Assembly (NCBI GenBank): GCA_964595905.1
Contig: CAZQSU010000004.1
Coordinates: 179-64,178 of the forward strand
Direction: 5' to 3'
From: an uncultured Iamiaceae bacterium
Lineage (GTDB): Bacteria; Actinomycetota; Acidimicrobiia; Acidimicrobiales; Iamiaceae
DNA length: 64,000 nucleotides
Shown in pieces: positions 9,229 to 18,346 of the stretch. The notes under the pieces are model-generated. The model was not told where the DNA came from. It made no database searches and saw nothing but the letters and a program-made list of their open reading frames with translations. Numbering within the stretch: position 1 is the stretch's first letter; each line of letters starts with the position of its first letter. The translations under genes and the position numbers were made by a program.

Positions 9229-10179
9229 TCAGTCCCCCACCTCGGCCTTGGCATAGGCATCGACGATGTCCTGGACGATGCGATGTCGCACCACGTCGCG
9301 GCTCGAAAGATGCACGAAATCGATCCCCTCGATGTGACCGAGGACCCGCTCGAGGCCGACCAGGCCGCTGCGTCCGCCGGCGACGTCGACCTGCGTCGTG
9401 TCGCCGGTGACCACCGCCCGCGACGAGAACCCGATGCGGGTGAGGAACATCTTCATCTGCTCGTTCGTGGTGTTCTGGGCCTCGTCGAGGATGATGAAGC
9501 TCCGGTTCAGGGTGCGGCCCCGCATGAACGCGAGCGGTGCGACCTCGACGGCGTCGCGCTCGATCAGCCGGGCGAGCCCTTCGGGTTCGCAGAAGTCGGT
9601 CAACGCGTCGTACAGCGGCCGCAGGTACGGATCGACCTTGGCCATCAGATCGCCGGGCAGGAACCCGAGCCGCTCCCCCGCCTCGACCGCGGGACGGCAC
9701 AGCACGATCCGGTCGACGATACGAACGTTGAGCGCGTGCACCGCGGAGGCGACGGCGAGCCAGCTCTTGCCGGTGCCCGCCGGGCCGAGCCCGAAGGTGA
9801 TGATGTTCGATGCAATCGCGTCGACGTACCGCTTCTGCCCGGCCGACTTGGGGCGAACGGTGCGGCCCCCCGGCGCCTGGAGCACGTCGGTCGAGAACAC
9901 GGCGAAAGGCTCCTCTCCGGCGCGGACCAGATCGATCGAGCGGTCGACGGTCGCTGCATCGAGATGCTGACCGGCCTCGACGAGATCGAGCAACGACCGG
10001 AACAACAGGGCGATGGTCTCGGCCTCGTCGCCATCGATGGCGATGACATTGCCCCGGACCGACACCGCGGTGTCGCCGAACGCCGCCTCGATCTGTCTGA
10101 GGTACGCGTCGGACGGGCCGACGAGGGCCGCGACCTCATGGGGATCCTGCACGGTCAGTTCGATACGGGTCGTACTCAC
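9229..10179 (-). CDS. phoH: PhoH-like ATPase
   Basis: The GTG at 10179 (VSTTRIELTV...) overlaps the stop of the upstream glycosyltransferase (GTGA). Walker A is GPAGTGKSWLAV and Walker B is FIILDEAQN. Confidence 0.85.
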   Translation of the reverse strand: MSTTRIELTVQDPHEVAALVGPSDAYLRQIEAAFGDTAVSVRGNVIAIDGDEAETIALLFRSLLDLVEAGQHLDAATVDRSIDLVRAGEEPFAVFSTDVLQAPGGRTVRPKSAGQKRYVDAIASNIITFGLGPAGTGKSWLAVASAVHALNVRIVDRIVLCRPAVEAGERLGFLPGDLMAKVDPYLRPLYDALTDFCEPEGLARLIERDAVEVAPLAFMRGRTLNRSFIILDEAQNTTNEQMKMFLTRIGFSSRAVVTGDTTQVDVAGGRSGLVGLERVLGHIEGIDFVHLSSRDVVRHRIVQDIVDAYAKAEVGD

Positions 10180-11381
10180 GCACCGTCCAGCGTAATTGGT
10201 GCGCCGCTCGGCGCACGACGAAATCGCCGGTGCCGGCGCCCGTCGAGGGGTGGTGAGGCGCCGACGACCTGGCGGTAGAGCTCGGCGTGGCGCTTCGCGA
10301 CGTGGCGCCACGAGAAGTCCGCGGCCCGGACGAAGCCGCGTTCGACCATCTCGGCACGCAACTCAGGGCTGTCGCGGACCCGCTCGATCGCCGCGGCAAG
10401 GGCGCGTACGTCGCCGTCGGGCACGACGAGCGCCGCGCCGTCGGCGACATCGGGAAAGGCACCGACGTCGGTCACGATGACCGGCGTGCCGCACGCCATC
10501 GCCTCGATGATCACCCGACCGAACTGCTCCCGGACGTTGGGTCGATCGATCGACGGGACGACCAGCACGTCGAGGCTCCCGTACCACCCCGGCAACGCGT
10601 CGTGGTCGACATAACCGTGGACCCGGGCCCGGTCGGTCAACCCGTGCGCCTCGATCGCCGCTCGCAGTCGATCCTCCTGTGGCCCGGCGCCGACGAAGTC
10701 GACATCGACACCGTCGACCATGGCCGCCGCGGCCACGAGGACGAAGACGCCCTTCTGCTCGGTGAAACGCCCGACGTACCCCATCTTCAGACGCCCGACG
10801 TGTTCGTCGCGAGGGGTCGTCGGCCCGAACAACTCGTCGTCGACCCCCAGGCCGAGGTTCACCACCTCGCCGTCGAATCCCTTGACCCGCAGTACCGCTT
10901 CGACGTCGTCGTTGCAGGTGTGGACCGCCGCGACCCGCTGCAACACCCAGCGCTCGAACCACCGGAACGGCACCGGATACCGCTTGAGCAGGTTCTGGGC
11001 GCTGTAGCAGACCACCGGTGCACGACAACCCGCGAGTCGGGCGACGAGCATGGTCTCGATCGTGGCCAGCGCCGCCGGTTCCTCGTGCACGTCGAGCACG
11101 TCGACGCCGGCGTGTCGTCGCAGCGCACGGAACAGCGACCATGGACGCTCGATGAAGCGAAACGGATGGTGGCCGATGGTCGGCACCTCGACGATGTCCT
11201 CGCCCGGACCGACGACGAGGTCGACCATCGCACCGCCTTCGTTCCATCGCCGTGGAGCGACGAGGGTCACCTCGACACCTTCGTCGGCAAGGGCGTCTTC
11301 GCGACGCCGCCAGGCCGTGACGACGGCGGAGTGGTAGACGCGGAGCGCCCGTAGCGGGCGCGTCGTCGCCGGGTCGGTCAC
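10176..11381 (-). CDS. Glycosyltransferase, GT4 / GT-B fold
   Basis: 401 aa. The C-terminal half has the typical GT4 signature (VPSIDRPNVREQFGRVIIEAMACGTPVIVTDVGA). The GTG start overlaps the upstream stop at 11378-11381. Confidence 0.75.
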   Translation of the reverse strand: MTDPATTRPLRALRVYHSAVVTAWRRREDALADEGVEVTLVAPRRWNEGGAMVDLVVGPGEDIVEVPTIGHHPFRFIERPWSLFRALRRHAGVDVLDVHEEPAALATIETMLVARLAGCRAPVVCYSAQNLLKRYPVPFRWFERWVLQRVAAVHTCNDDVEAVLRVKGFDGEVVNLGLGVDDELFGPTTPRDEHVGRLKMGYVGRFTEQKGVFVLVAAAAMVDGVDVDFVGAGPQEDRLRAAIEAHGLTDRARVHGYVDHDALPGWYGSLDVLVVPSIDRPNVREQFGRVIIEAMACGTPVIVTDVGAFPDVADGAALVVPDGDVRALAAAIERVRDSPELRAEMVERGFVRAADFSWRHVAKRHAELYRQVVGASPPLDGRRHRRFRRAPSGAPITLDGA

Positions 11382-12715
11382 GTCGCCGCCGCGACCTGGG
11401 GAGTGACCGGACGCGCGCGGTTCTCGACGCTGCTCGCGGCCCCGACCGCCAGGCCCAACATCAGGAACGGCAACGTGTTGGGGCCGGCAACCCAGAAGAT
11501 GTCGAAGGACGCCGCGGTCAGCCGGGCGACGATGCCGTACCAGGCGAGCTCACCGAGGGGCGGCGGGGCCCGATTGGCGACCCGGAGGCACATCCAGATC
11601 AGCGCCACGAACGCGATCAGTCCGATGACGCCGTCGCCCGACATCTCGTCGAGCACGAGATTGTGCGGTTCACCCGCGGGTGCACCCGGCTGGTTGAACC
11701 ACTTCGGACCGGCGCCGAGAACCAGGTTCGGCGTGATCACGTCGCTCCACACGGTCCGGTACGTCGTCTCCCGCGACCCGACCGACGAGAACTTGTACTG
11801 GTTCCCGCTCCGTTCGTCGGCCTGCTTCTGGAAGCTCATCACCATCGCGGTCCCCAGACCGGCGGTGAGCAGCAGCACGAGCGGCACGAGGCGCCAGACA
11901 CGGCGGGTCTCGCGTTGCCACGCGTTCCTGATCAGGAAGACGAGGAACACCGCGGCGAGCGCCACGCCGGAACCACGCGACTGCGAGGCTGCCAGGCCCC
12001 CGGCCATGATCAGGCCCGTCAGGATCACGAACCACAGCCGCCAGCGCAGATACCGTCGACCGAAGTACCCACAGATGATCGTGCTCACCAACAGGGTCCC
12101 GATCGAGTTCTTCTGCAATCCGAACGCGTACGCGGGCTCGAGATCGTTCGTGAGCGTGTCGATGATCGCGGCGACGGAGACGATGCAGGCCACCAGGACG
12201 AGCGCCCGGAGCGCCGGTGTGACCTTGCCGCGTACGACCAGCGCGGCGCCGATGCAGACCGTGCCGACGATCATCACCGCCCGGTGTGCGACCTCGACGG
12301 CTCCTGCGACCGTGAAGTGGGCGATCGCCGACATGCTCACGACCAGGGCGTACGCAAGCGTCGCGAACAGGATCCGCCTGAACGCCGTCGCACGCCACGG
12401 CACGAACGGAAACGCCGCGAGGACACCGAGAAACGTCATGAAGTCCGCGACGCTGAGGTCGACCGCGGCCGGGCCGACCCGCATGGTCGCGAACGACGCG
12501 GGGAACGCGGCACCCAGGATCAGCGCCGGCCACAGAGCACACGCCGTCAGGGCGAACGCGCCGAAGATCACGGCCATCGCCATCGTCGTCGACGACGTCG
12601 CGACCCAGGCCGCGCCGAACTCGAGCGCGGCGATCAGTCCCGCGAGTCCTGCGGGGCGGGCATCGGTGGGAGCGGTCGAACGCTCGTGGCGACCGCCGGA
12701 CATGAGCATCGACAT
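11378..12715 (-). CDS. O-antigen ligase / Wzy-like polytopic membrane protein
   Basis: About 10-12 hydrophobic segments with a central loop, LAASQSRGSGVALAAVFLVFLIRN, that resembles Wzy_C. The start is taken at ATG 12715 (MSMLMSGG...). The track start at 12814 is also possible. Confidence 0.6.
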   Translation of the reverse strand: MSMLMSGGRHERSTAPTDARPAGLAGLIAALEFGAAWVATSSTTMAMAVIFGAFALTACALWPALILGAAFPASFATMRVGPAAVDLSVADFMTFLGVLAAFPFVPWRATAFRRILFATLAYALVVSMSAIAHFTVAGAVEVAHRAVMIVGTVCIGAALVVRGKVTPALRALVLVACIVSVAAIIDTLTNDLEPAYAFGLQKNSIGTLLVSTIICGYFGRRYLRWRLWFVILTGLIMAGGLAASQSRGSGVALAAVFLVFLIRNAWQRETRRVWRLVPLVLLLTAGLGTAMVMSFQKQADERSGNQYKFSSVGSRETTYRTVWSDVITPNLVLGAGPKWFNQPGAPAGEPHNLVLDEMSGDGVIGLIAFVALIWMCLRVANRAPPPLGELAWYGIVARLTAASFDIFWVAGPNTLPFLMLGLAVGAASSVENRARPVTPQVAAAT

Positions 12716-12860
12716 GGACTTGGGTGGACTCCTCCGGAACGTGCCCGGACCGATGCTACCGCCACTGGTCACCGGCTCACGTGGCAGGCCGTTCCGACCG
12801 GACCCCGCGGGCACTGCCCGGTAACCTCGTCAGGCCACCCGATCCCGACCGAACCACCCG

Positions 12861-13907
12861 ATGCGCATCCGCCAGCTCGTCTGCACCGACAACTTCGCCG
12901 GCGTCGAACGCCACGTCGCCACCACCTCGGTCGAACTGGCCCGTCGAGGGCACGACGTGGAGGTGTTCGGCGGCGACCCCGCGGCGATGCACACCGCACT
13001 GGCGGGTTCGACGGTGCGTTTCGTCGATGCGCCCGGCCCCGCGGCGGCGTTTCGTGCGAACCGCCGTGGGCCCCGGCCCGACCTCGTGCACGCCCACATG
13101 ACCGGTTCGGACCTCGTCGCCATCGCGACCCGACCGTTCCTGCGCGCGCCCGTGGTGTCGACCCTGCACTTCGCGCAACGGCGAGGTCACGACCGGCTCA
13201 CCCGTGCGGCCTGGTCGGTCGTCCCCCGTCTCGTCGACGCCGAGATCGCGATCAGCCGGTTCGTCGCCTCGACGGCCGGGGATGACCCGACGGTCATTCC
13301 CAACGGTGTGCCGGCGCCCGCGGCAACGAACCGACGCCGGGTGCGTCACGATGTCGTGCTCGCGGCACAGCGCCTCGAGTCCGAGAAGTGCACCGCGCTC
13401 GCGCTGGGCGCGTTCGCGTCCTCCGGGCTCGCGGACCGCGGATGGGAACTCCACGTGGCCGGTGCGGGCTCGGAGCGGGCACCGCTCGAACGCGAAGCGG
13501 CCAGGCTCGGAATCGCGGAAGCGACGCGTTTCCTCGGCCGCGTCGACGACCTCGATCGTCGGATGGCCGACGCCTCGCTGCTGATCGCCACCGCGCCGGC
13601 CGAGCCCTTCGGGCTCAGCGTCGTCGAAGCGATGGCCGGGAGACTTCCCGTGGTCGCCGCCGAGGGCGGCGCGCACCGGGAGACGATCGGTTCGGCCACG
13701 CCCGAGGCGCTGTTCCCGCCGGGGGACGTCGACGCCGCCGCATCGCTCCTGCGGCGATTCGCCGACGACCCGGACACCCGGGCAGACCTCGCCAACCGTG
13801 GACATCGGCGCTACGTCGAGACGTTCACCATCGTGCACCATGTCGATGCGCTCGAGGAGTTCTACACCGGTGTCATCACGCGACGGCGCGGTCGCCGACG
13901 TGGGTGA
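12861..13907 (+). CDS. Glycosyltransferase, GT4 family
   Basis: 348 aa. The N-terminus is MRIRQLVCTDNFAGVERHV and the C-terminal motif is EPFGLSVVEAMAGRLPVVAAEGGA. It is divergent from the Wzy-like gene. Confidence 0.75.
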   Translation: MRIRQLVCTDNFAGVERHVATTSVELARRGHDVEVFGGDPAAMHTALAGSTVRFVDAPGPAAAFRANRRGPRPDLVHAHMTGSDLVAIATRPFLRAPVVSTLHFAQRRGHDRLTRAAWSVVPRLVDAEIAISRFVASTAGDDPTVIPNGVPAPAATNRRRVRHDVVLAAQRLESEKCTALALGAFASSGLADRGWELHVAGAGSERAPLEREAARLGIAEATRFLGRVDDLDRRMADASLLIATAPAEPFGLSVVEAMAGRLPVVAAEGGAHRETIGSATPEALFPPGDVDAAASLLRRFADDPDTRADLANRGHRRYVETFTIVHHVDALEEFYTGVITRRRGRRRG

Positions 13908-13992
13908 CACCGGTGCGCTCCTGACCCTTCGGATTGCACGGCGCGCGTTCTAGACTGGCCGATCTGTCCGCCGGAGGGACACGCAGCCACCC

Positions 13993-15903
13993 ATGACCGA
14001 CCTGAACGCCTCACAGCCTGGCGACTCGCCTGCGCCCGTTCCCGCGTTCGGCGGCGCGTCAGAGAACCTGCTGCGCCATTACGCGAACGTCCTCGTCCGT
14101 CGCTGGAAATGGATCGCGCTCGGACTGTTCGTCGGCCTCGTTGCCGGGATCGTCTCGACGTTCGTGATCACCGAGGCGCCGGTCACCACGCGCTACTACA
14201 AGGCGACCAACACGCTCGCCCAGAAGAGTCCGTCCGCCGACGGTGGCAACGGCGGCGGCTATTCGCTCAGCCAAGCGGCGCTGCAGGCCGAGTCGTTGAC
14301 GCTGCTCGACAAGGTGGGCCAGACGGTCGGCATGAGCAGCAGCGAGGTGGCCGCGTCGATCGACGCCACGGTGCGGCCCAACGTGAACGCCATCGACGTC
14401 ACCGCCATCGCCACGCAGCCCGAGGTTGCCGTCCGGCTGGCGAACACCGCCGCTGATTCCCTGCGGGTCCTGGCCGAAGCCGATGCGGGGAACACCGTCG
14501 AATCCCAGCGCCGGACCCTGCAGACCCAGCTCGATTCGTCGGTCCAGCGACGGAACGCTCTCCGCGCCGAGACGGGTGGCAGCTCGGCCGAGCAGCTCCT
14601 CAGGGTGCAACAACTCCAGGAGCTCGAGAACGACATCAAGGACACCACCCAGCAGCTTCAGAACCTTCCGGCCTCGGGTGGCGGCTTCGCCCTCGAGGTG
14701 CTGCTTCCGGCGACGCCGATCCAGATCAACGCCCGCGGCTACAACTATCGGCGCAGCCAGAACCTCAACGCCCGCAGTCGGCTCGCGGATTCCGCCACGT
14801 CGAACACCTCCGCTCCGGACTTCGACGAGACGGACCTGTCACAGAGCGCCGGACTCTCCGACTCGACCCGCATTCTCCTGGGCGGCGCGGCCGGCCTGGT
14901 ACTCGGGCTGATCAGCGCGTTCGTGCTCGAGGCATGGGACGACCGGATCCGACGACGCGATCGGGTCGAGGAACTCACCGGGCTCGGTGTGCTGACCGAG
15001 ATTCCCCACCTCACCAAGGAACAATCCCGCGACCACCACGTCGCGGTCGAGGACGAGTCGACCGGGGCGGCAGCAGAGCGTTTCCGAGCGGCCCGAACCG
15101 CGATCACGTTCGCTCTGGAAGAACGCGATCCGGCCATTGCGGCCGACGCCCCGGTGCTGCTGATCACGTCTCCCGGACCGGCCGAAGGCAAGACCACGAC
15201 CGTCGCGAACCTGGCCGCGGCGTTCGCCGACGACGGCAACCGGGTGCTGGTGATCGACGGCGACTTCCGACGCCCCACCGTGCGTCGTTATCTCGCTCCG
15301 GTGCCGAACCTGGTCACCCCCGACGAGCCGACCGAGACGCGGATCCCGAACGTGTGGTTCCTGCCGGGTCCCCACGATGCCCCCACACCGGAGATCGCGA
15401 ACGCTCGGCTCGCGACGTCCGTCGCCGCCTGGCGCGGCGACTACGACCTCGTGATCCTCGACACTCCGCCCATCCTCACGACCAACGATGCCGTCGATCT
15501 GCTCGAGTCCGCCGATGCGGTGGTGCTGGTGCTCCGGGCCGACCGGACCCGCGCCAACGCCGCGCGGAGGGTCGCCGAACTGCTGGGCCAGTACCGCGCC
15601 AACGTGCTCGGTGTGGTTCTCAACAGCTGCGACCGTTCCGAGATGAACCAGTACTACGGCTACGGCTACGGCTACGGCTACGGCTACCTCGGCAAGACCG
15701 GTTCGAAGACCAAGACCGTCCGGAACGCCACGGAGACGCCGGCCACTCCGGCGCCGTCCGGCGACCACGCCGCGGGTGGCTCAGGGAGCGGCACCGAGCC
15801 CGGCCGCGCCGACGACGAGGTCATCGAGAAGCGCCCGGAGCCGACCACGACCGGGGCCGAGACATCACCGATCGGCGATCAGCGAACGTCCACGCACCGC
15901 TGA
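13993..15903 (+). CDS. Polysaccharide co-polymerase (Wzz-like) fused to a BY-type tyrosine autokinase
   Basis: There is an N-terminal TM helix, a coiled periplasmic region and a second TM helix. Walker A is SPGPAEGKTTTVANLA, Walker A' is VLVIDGDFRRP and Walker B is DLVILDTPP. The C-terminal Tyr cluster is QYYGYGYGYGYGYLG. Confidence 0.8.
   Translation: MTDLNASQPGDSPAPVPAFGGASENLLRHYANVLVRRWKWIALGLFVGLVAGIVSTFVITEAPVTTRYYKATNTLAQKSPSADGGNGGGYSLSQAALQAESLTLLDKVGQTVGMSSSEVAASIDATVRPNVNAIDVTAIATQPEVAVRLANTAADSLRVLAEADAGNTVESQRRTLQTQLDSSVQRRNALRAETGGSSAEQLLRVQQLQELENDIKDTTQQLQNLPASGGGFALEVLLPATPIQINARGYNYRRSQNLNARSRLADSATSNTSAPDFDETDLSQSAGLSDSTRILLGGAAGLVLGLISAFVLEAWDDRIRRRDRVEELTGLGVLTEIPHLTKEQSRDHHVAVEDESTGAAAERFRAARTAITFALEERDPAIAADAPVLLITSPGPAEGKTTTVANLAAAFADDGNRVLVIDGDFRRPTVRRYLAPVPNLVTPDEPTETRIPNVWFLPGPHDAPTPEIANARLATSVAAWRGDYDLVILDTPPILTTNDAVDLLESADAVVLVLRADRTRANAARRVAELLGQYRANVLGVVLNSCDRSEMNQYYGYGYGYGYGYLGKTGSKTKTVRNATETPATPAPSGDHAAGGSGSGTEPGRADDEVIEKRPEPTTTGAETSPIGDQRTSTHR
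15652..15687 (+). repeat. Perfect in-frame hexanucleotide repeat (TACGGC)x5 flanked by TAC, encoding the YG tyrosine cluster
   Basis: tac tacggc tacggc tacggc tacggc tacggc tac, read directly at 15652-15687 inside the BY-kinase gene. Confidence 0.95.
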
Positions 15904-15933
15904 GCGCGGCGCACCGGGCACGTCGAGGCCGGC

Positions 15934-17895
15934 TCACCGGTCCGCCGTGGTGTCGATCCCCATCCGGGTGAGGAGCCACCGCGCCACCAGTTCGGCGCTC
16001 GGACCCTTGAAGTGCACCGTGTCGGGACGGAGCGTGACGCCGTCCCAGGTGCGTGCGCAGTCCGAATCGCCGCCGGGACACATCTTCGCCTCGAGGTCGA
16101 TGACGCTCACGTCCGTGGGCTCGGCCGCCGCGACGTCCTTCATCACCCGGTTGCCACACGCAGCGGACCGTGCGTTCGCCGCGGTGACCGCGGCGGTCCG
16201 CGTCCCGGCATCGATCGCCGGCGGCATCGTCACCAGGTAGGTGTGCACGCCCCGCGCCGCGAAGCGACGGGTCCACCCGCCCAGCTCGTCGACATACCAG
16301 TCGTGCCACGCACCGGAACACGGGGTCAGGAATGCGCCGTCGTGCCGCGGCTCGTCCGAGACCGTGGCGCCGAGCACGAACACGATCCTCGTCACGTCGT
16401 ACTCGTCGATCAAGCGCAACCAGTGCCGGTCGCACGACGCGGTGAACTCGTCGGATTCTGAGCCGTCCGCGTACCTGAACCGATCGGTCGGCGGAAACGC
16501 ACAGCCCGGCGTGCCGGCGTTGACGAAGCGCATCGGTGGGTCGGTCCGGACCGCTCCAAAGCCCTGATCGCCCAGGTACCAGGCGACCGAGTCACCGACG
16601 ATCATCGTCGTCGGCCCCCCGACGCCGGCCGACACGACACTCGGCGCGTCCGATGGTCCGATCCGGTCGAAGGTGTCGGTGGCGGTCGACGCCACGATCA
16701 GAACGCCGACCGCCAGCGCGCCCGCGGCCGGCACGGCGATGTTCACCAGGCGCGGCCACGACCGGCCATGGCGCACCGGCTGTTCGACGAAGCGGTACGA
16801 CAGCAGCGACACGGCGAGGGTGACCGCGAGCTGCAGAGCGACCAGGGGCCAACCCGACCATCCGGTGCGATCCGCACTCAACCACACGTCGATCGGCCAG
16901 TGGTACAGGTAGACGCCGTAGGAGATCAGCCCCAACCCGCGCAACGGCGCCAGCGAGAGCGCCCGGGCGATGAGCGTCGCGCGCGGCTGCGCCACGGCAG
17001 CCACCACCACGGCGCCGGCGATCGAGCACGCCGCGAGACCACCGTGGCGGACCGCCCAGCCCGTGCCGTCGAGCAGGGCCCATGCGACGACGAGTACGGC
17101 CGCGCCGACGATCGCACCGACCTCGAGAGCCCGACGCGACCTCGCGCCGGTGACCGGTCCGCGCCACGCCGCGTGACCGGCGACCGCCGCTCCGGCGAGG
17201 ATCGCGAACGCGCGGGTGTCGGTACCGAAGTACACCCGCTGCCACCCGGCGAAGTGTTCGAGCACGAACTGGGCGCCGAGCGCGACCACGGCGAGCGTCG
17301 CCGAGAGCCCGACGACCGCGGCCCCCAGTCGGCGTCTGGAGACCTCGGATGTCGACCCGCGTCTTCGCAGCGCGACCACGAGCGCCACGAACACCAACGG
17401 CCAGACCACGTAGAACTGTTCCTCGATCGCCAGGCTCCAGGTGTGCTCGAGTGGCGACGGCGCCGAGAACAGAGCGAAGTAGTCGACCTGCCCGAAGATC
17501 TGCCGCCAGTTCGCCACATAGGCCAGGGTCGCCAGCCCGTCCCAGCGGATGCGATGCAACTCGCCCGGGTCGGCGACCGCCCACGCGTAGAGGCTCACCC
17601 CGAGCAGCATCACGCCCAGTGCGGGCAACAGGCGCCTGGCGCGTCGCCCCCAGAAGCGGACCAGGTCGATGGAACCGCTGCGGTCGCCTTCGACCAGCAG
17701 CAACGACGTGATCAGATACCCGGAGAGGACGAAGAACAGATCGACGCCCAGGTACCCGCCGCGCAGGTGTCCGGAGTGGAACGCCAGGACCGCGGCGACG
17801 GCGACTCCCCGCAGTCCGTCGAGACCCGGGAGATGCGCAAGGGTGGGGCGACGCGCGACGTGATCAGCCCCGACTCCGGTCTGCACGGCCGCCAA
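15934..17895 (-). CDS. Acyltransferase family 3 membrane protein with C-terminal SGNH domain (OafA/OatA-like)
   Basis: 653 aa. The N-terminus LPGLDGLRGVAVAAVLAFH is followed by about 10 TM helices. The C-terminal soluble domain carries the GDS motif (TMIVGDSVAWYLGD). Confidence 0.8.
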   Translation of the reverse strand: MAAVQTGVGADHVARRPTLAHLPGLDGLRGVAVAAVLAFHSGHLRGGYLGVDLFFVLSGYLITSLLLVEGDRSGSIDLVRFWGRRARRLLPALGVMLLGVSLYAWAVADPGELHRIRWDGLATLAYVANWRQIFGQVDYFALFSAPSPLEHTWSLAIEEQFYVVWPLVFVALVVALRRRGSTSEVSRRRLGAAVVGLSATLAVVALGAQFVLEHFAGWQRVYFGTDTRAFAILAGAAVAGHAAWRGPVTGARSRRALEVGAIVGAAVLVVAWALLDGTGWAVRHGGLAACSIAGAVVVAAVAQPRATLIARALSLAPLRGLGLISYGVYLYHWPIDVWLSADRTGWSGWPLVALQLAVTLAVSLLSYRFVEQPVRHGRSWPRLVNIAVPAAGALAVGVLIVASTATDTFDRIGPSDAPSVVSAGVGGPTTMIVGDSVAWYLGDQGFGAVRTDPPMRFVNAGTPGCAFPPTDRFRYADGSESDEFTASCDRHWLRLIDEYDVTRIVFVLGATVSDEPRHDGAFLTPCSGAWHDWYVDELGGWTRRFAARGVHTYLVTMPPAIDAGTRTAAVTAANARSAACGNRVMKDVAAAEPTDVSVIDLEAKMCPGGDSDCARTWDGVTLRPDTVHFKGPSAELVARWLLTRMGIDTTADR

Positions 17896-17950
17896 CGTAC
17901 CCCACGGCAGAACCGACCACGGTCGCCGGGTCGTGGCCGAGGGGCCCGGA

Positions 17951-18187
17951 TCACTGGTCGTCGGGGTGTGGCCCGGGCTCGGGGTAGAGATGCTCGAGCG
18001 ATCCGGGTTCGATCCTGCACGCCTCGATGAAGGCGTCGACGTCGGACTGTTTCAATCGGATGACCCGACCGAAGCGGTAGGCGGGCAGATCGTCACCGTC
18101 GATGAAGCGGTACAGCGTACGCGGCGTGACGCCCAGACGCTTCGCCGCGGCAGCGGTGCTCAGCCACTGGATCTCCGCGTCGGCCAT
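17951..18187 (-). CDS. Small excisionase-family helix-turn-helix DNA-binding protein
   Basis: 78 aa from ATG 18187: MADAEIQWLSTAAAAKRLGVTPRTLYRFIDGDDLPAYRFGRVIRLKQSDVDAFI. The rest of track ORF 17951..18997 is antisense to the neighbouring + gene. Confidence 0.7.
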   Translation of the reverse strand: MADAEIQWLSTAAAAKRLGVTPRTLYRFIDGDDLPAYRFGRVIRLKQSDVDAFIEACRIEPGSLEHLYPEPGPHPDDQ

Positions 18188-18346
18188 GGACCGATTGTAG
18201 AGGGCAGGGGCCGGCTTCGAACCCCGGCCACGCGCGCACGGGCGACGCTGCGGCATCGGCACACGGCGAGGTTTGGCCCATGGGGAACCGGGGTAAGCAG
18301 TGAGGTGATGGCCGTGTCGACCGACGTGCAGAGCTGAGCCGAGCGC

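Noticed and set aside
15652-15687. (TACGGC)5 as a non-coding microsatellite or assembly artefact
   Set aside because: It is in frame inside a gene with intact Walker motifs upstream and encodes the expected C-terminal Tyr cluster of a BY-kinase. I kept it as a finding about variability, not as an artefact.
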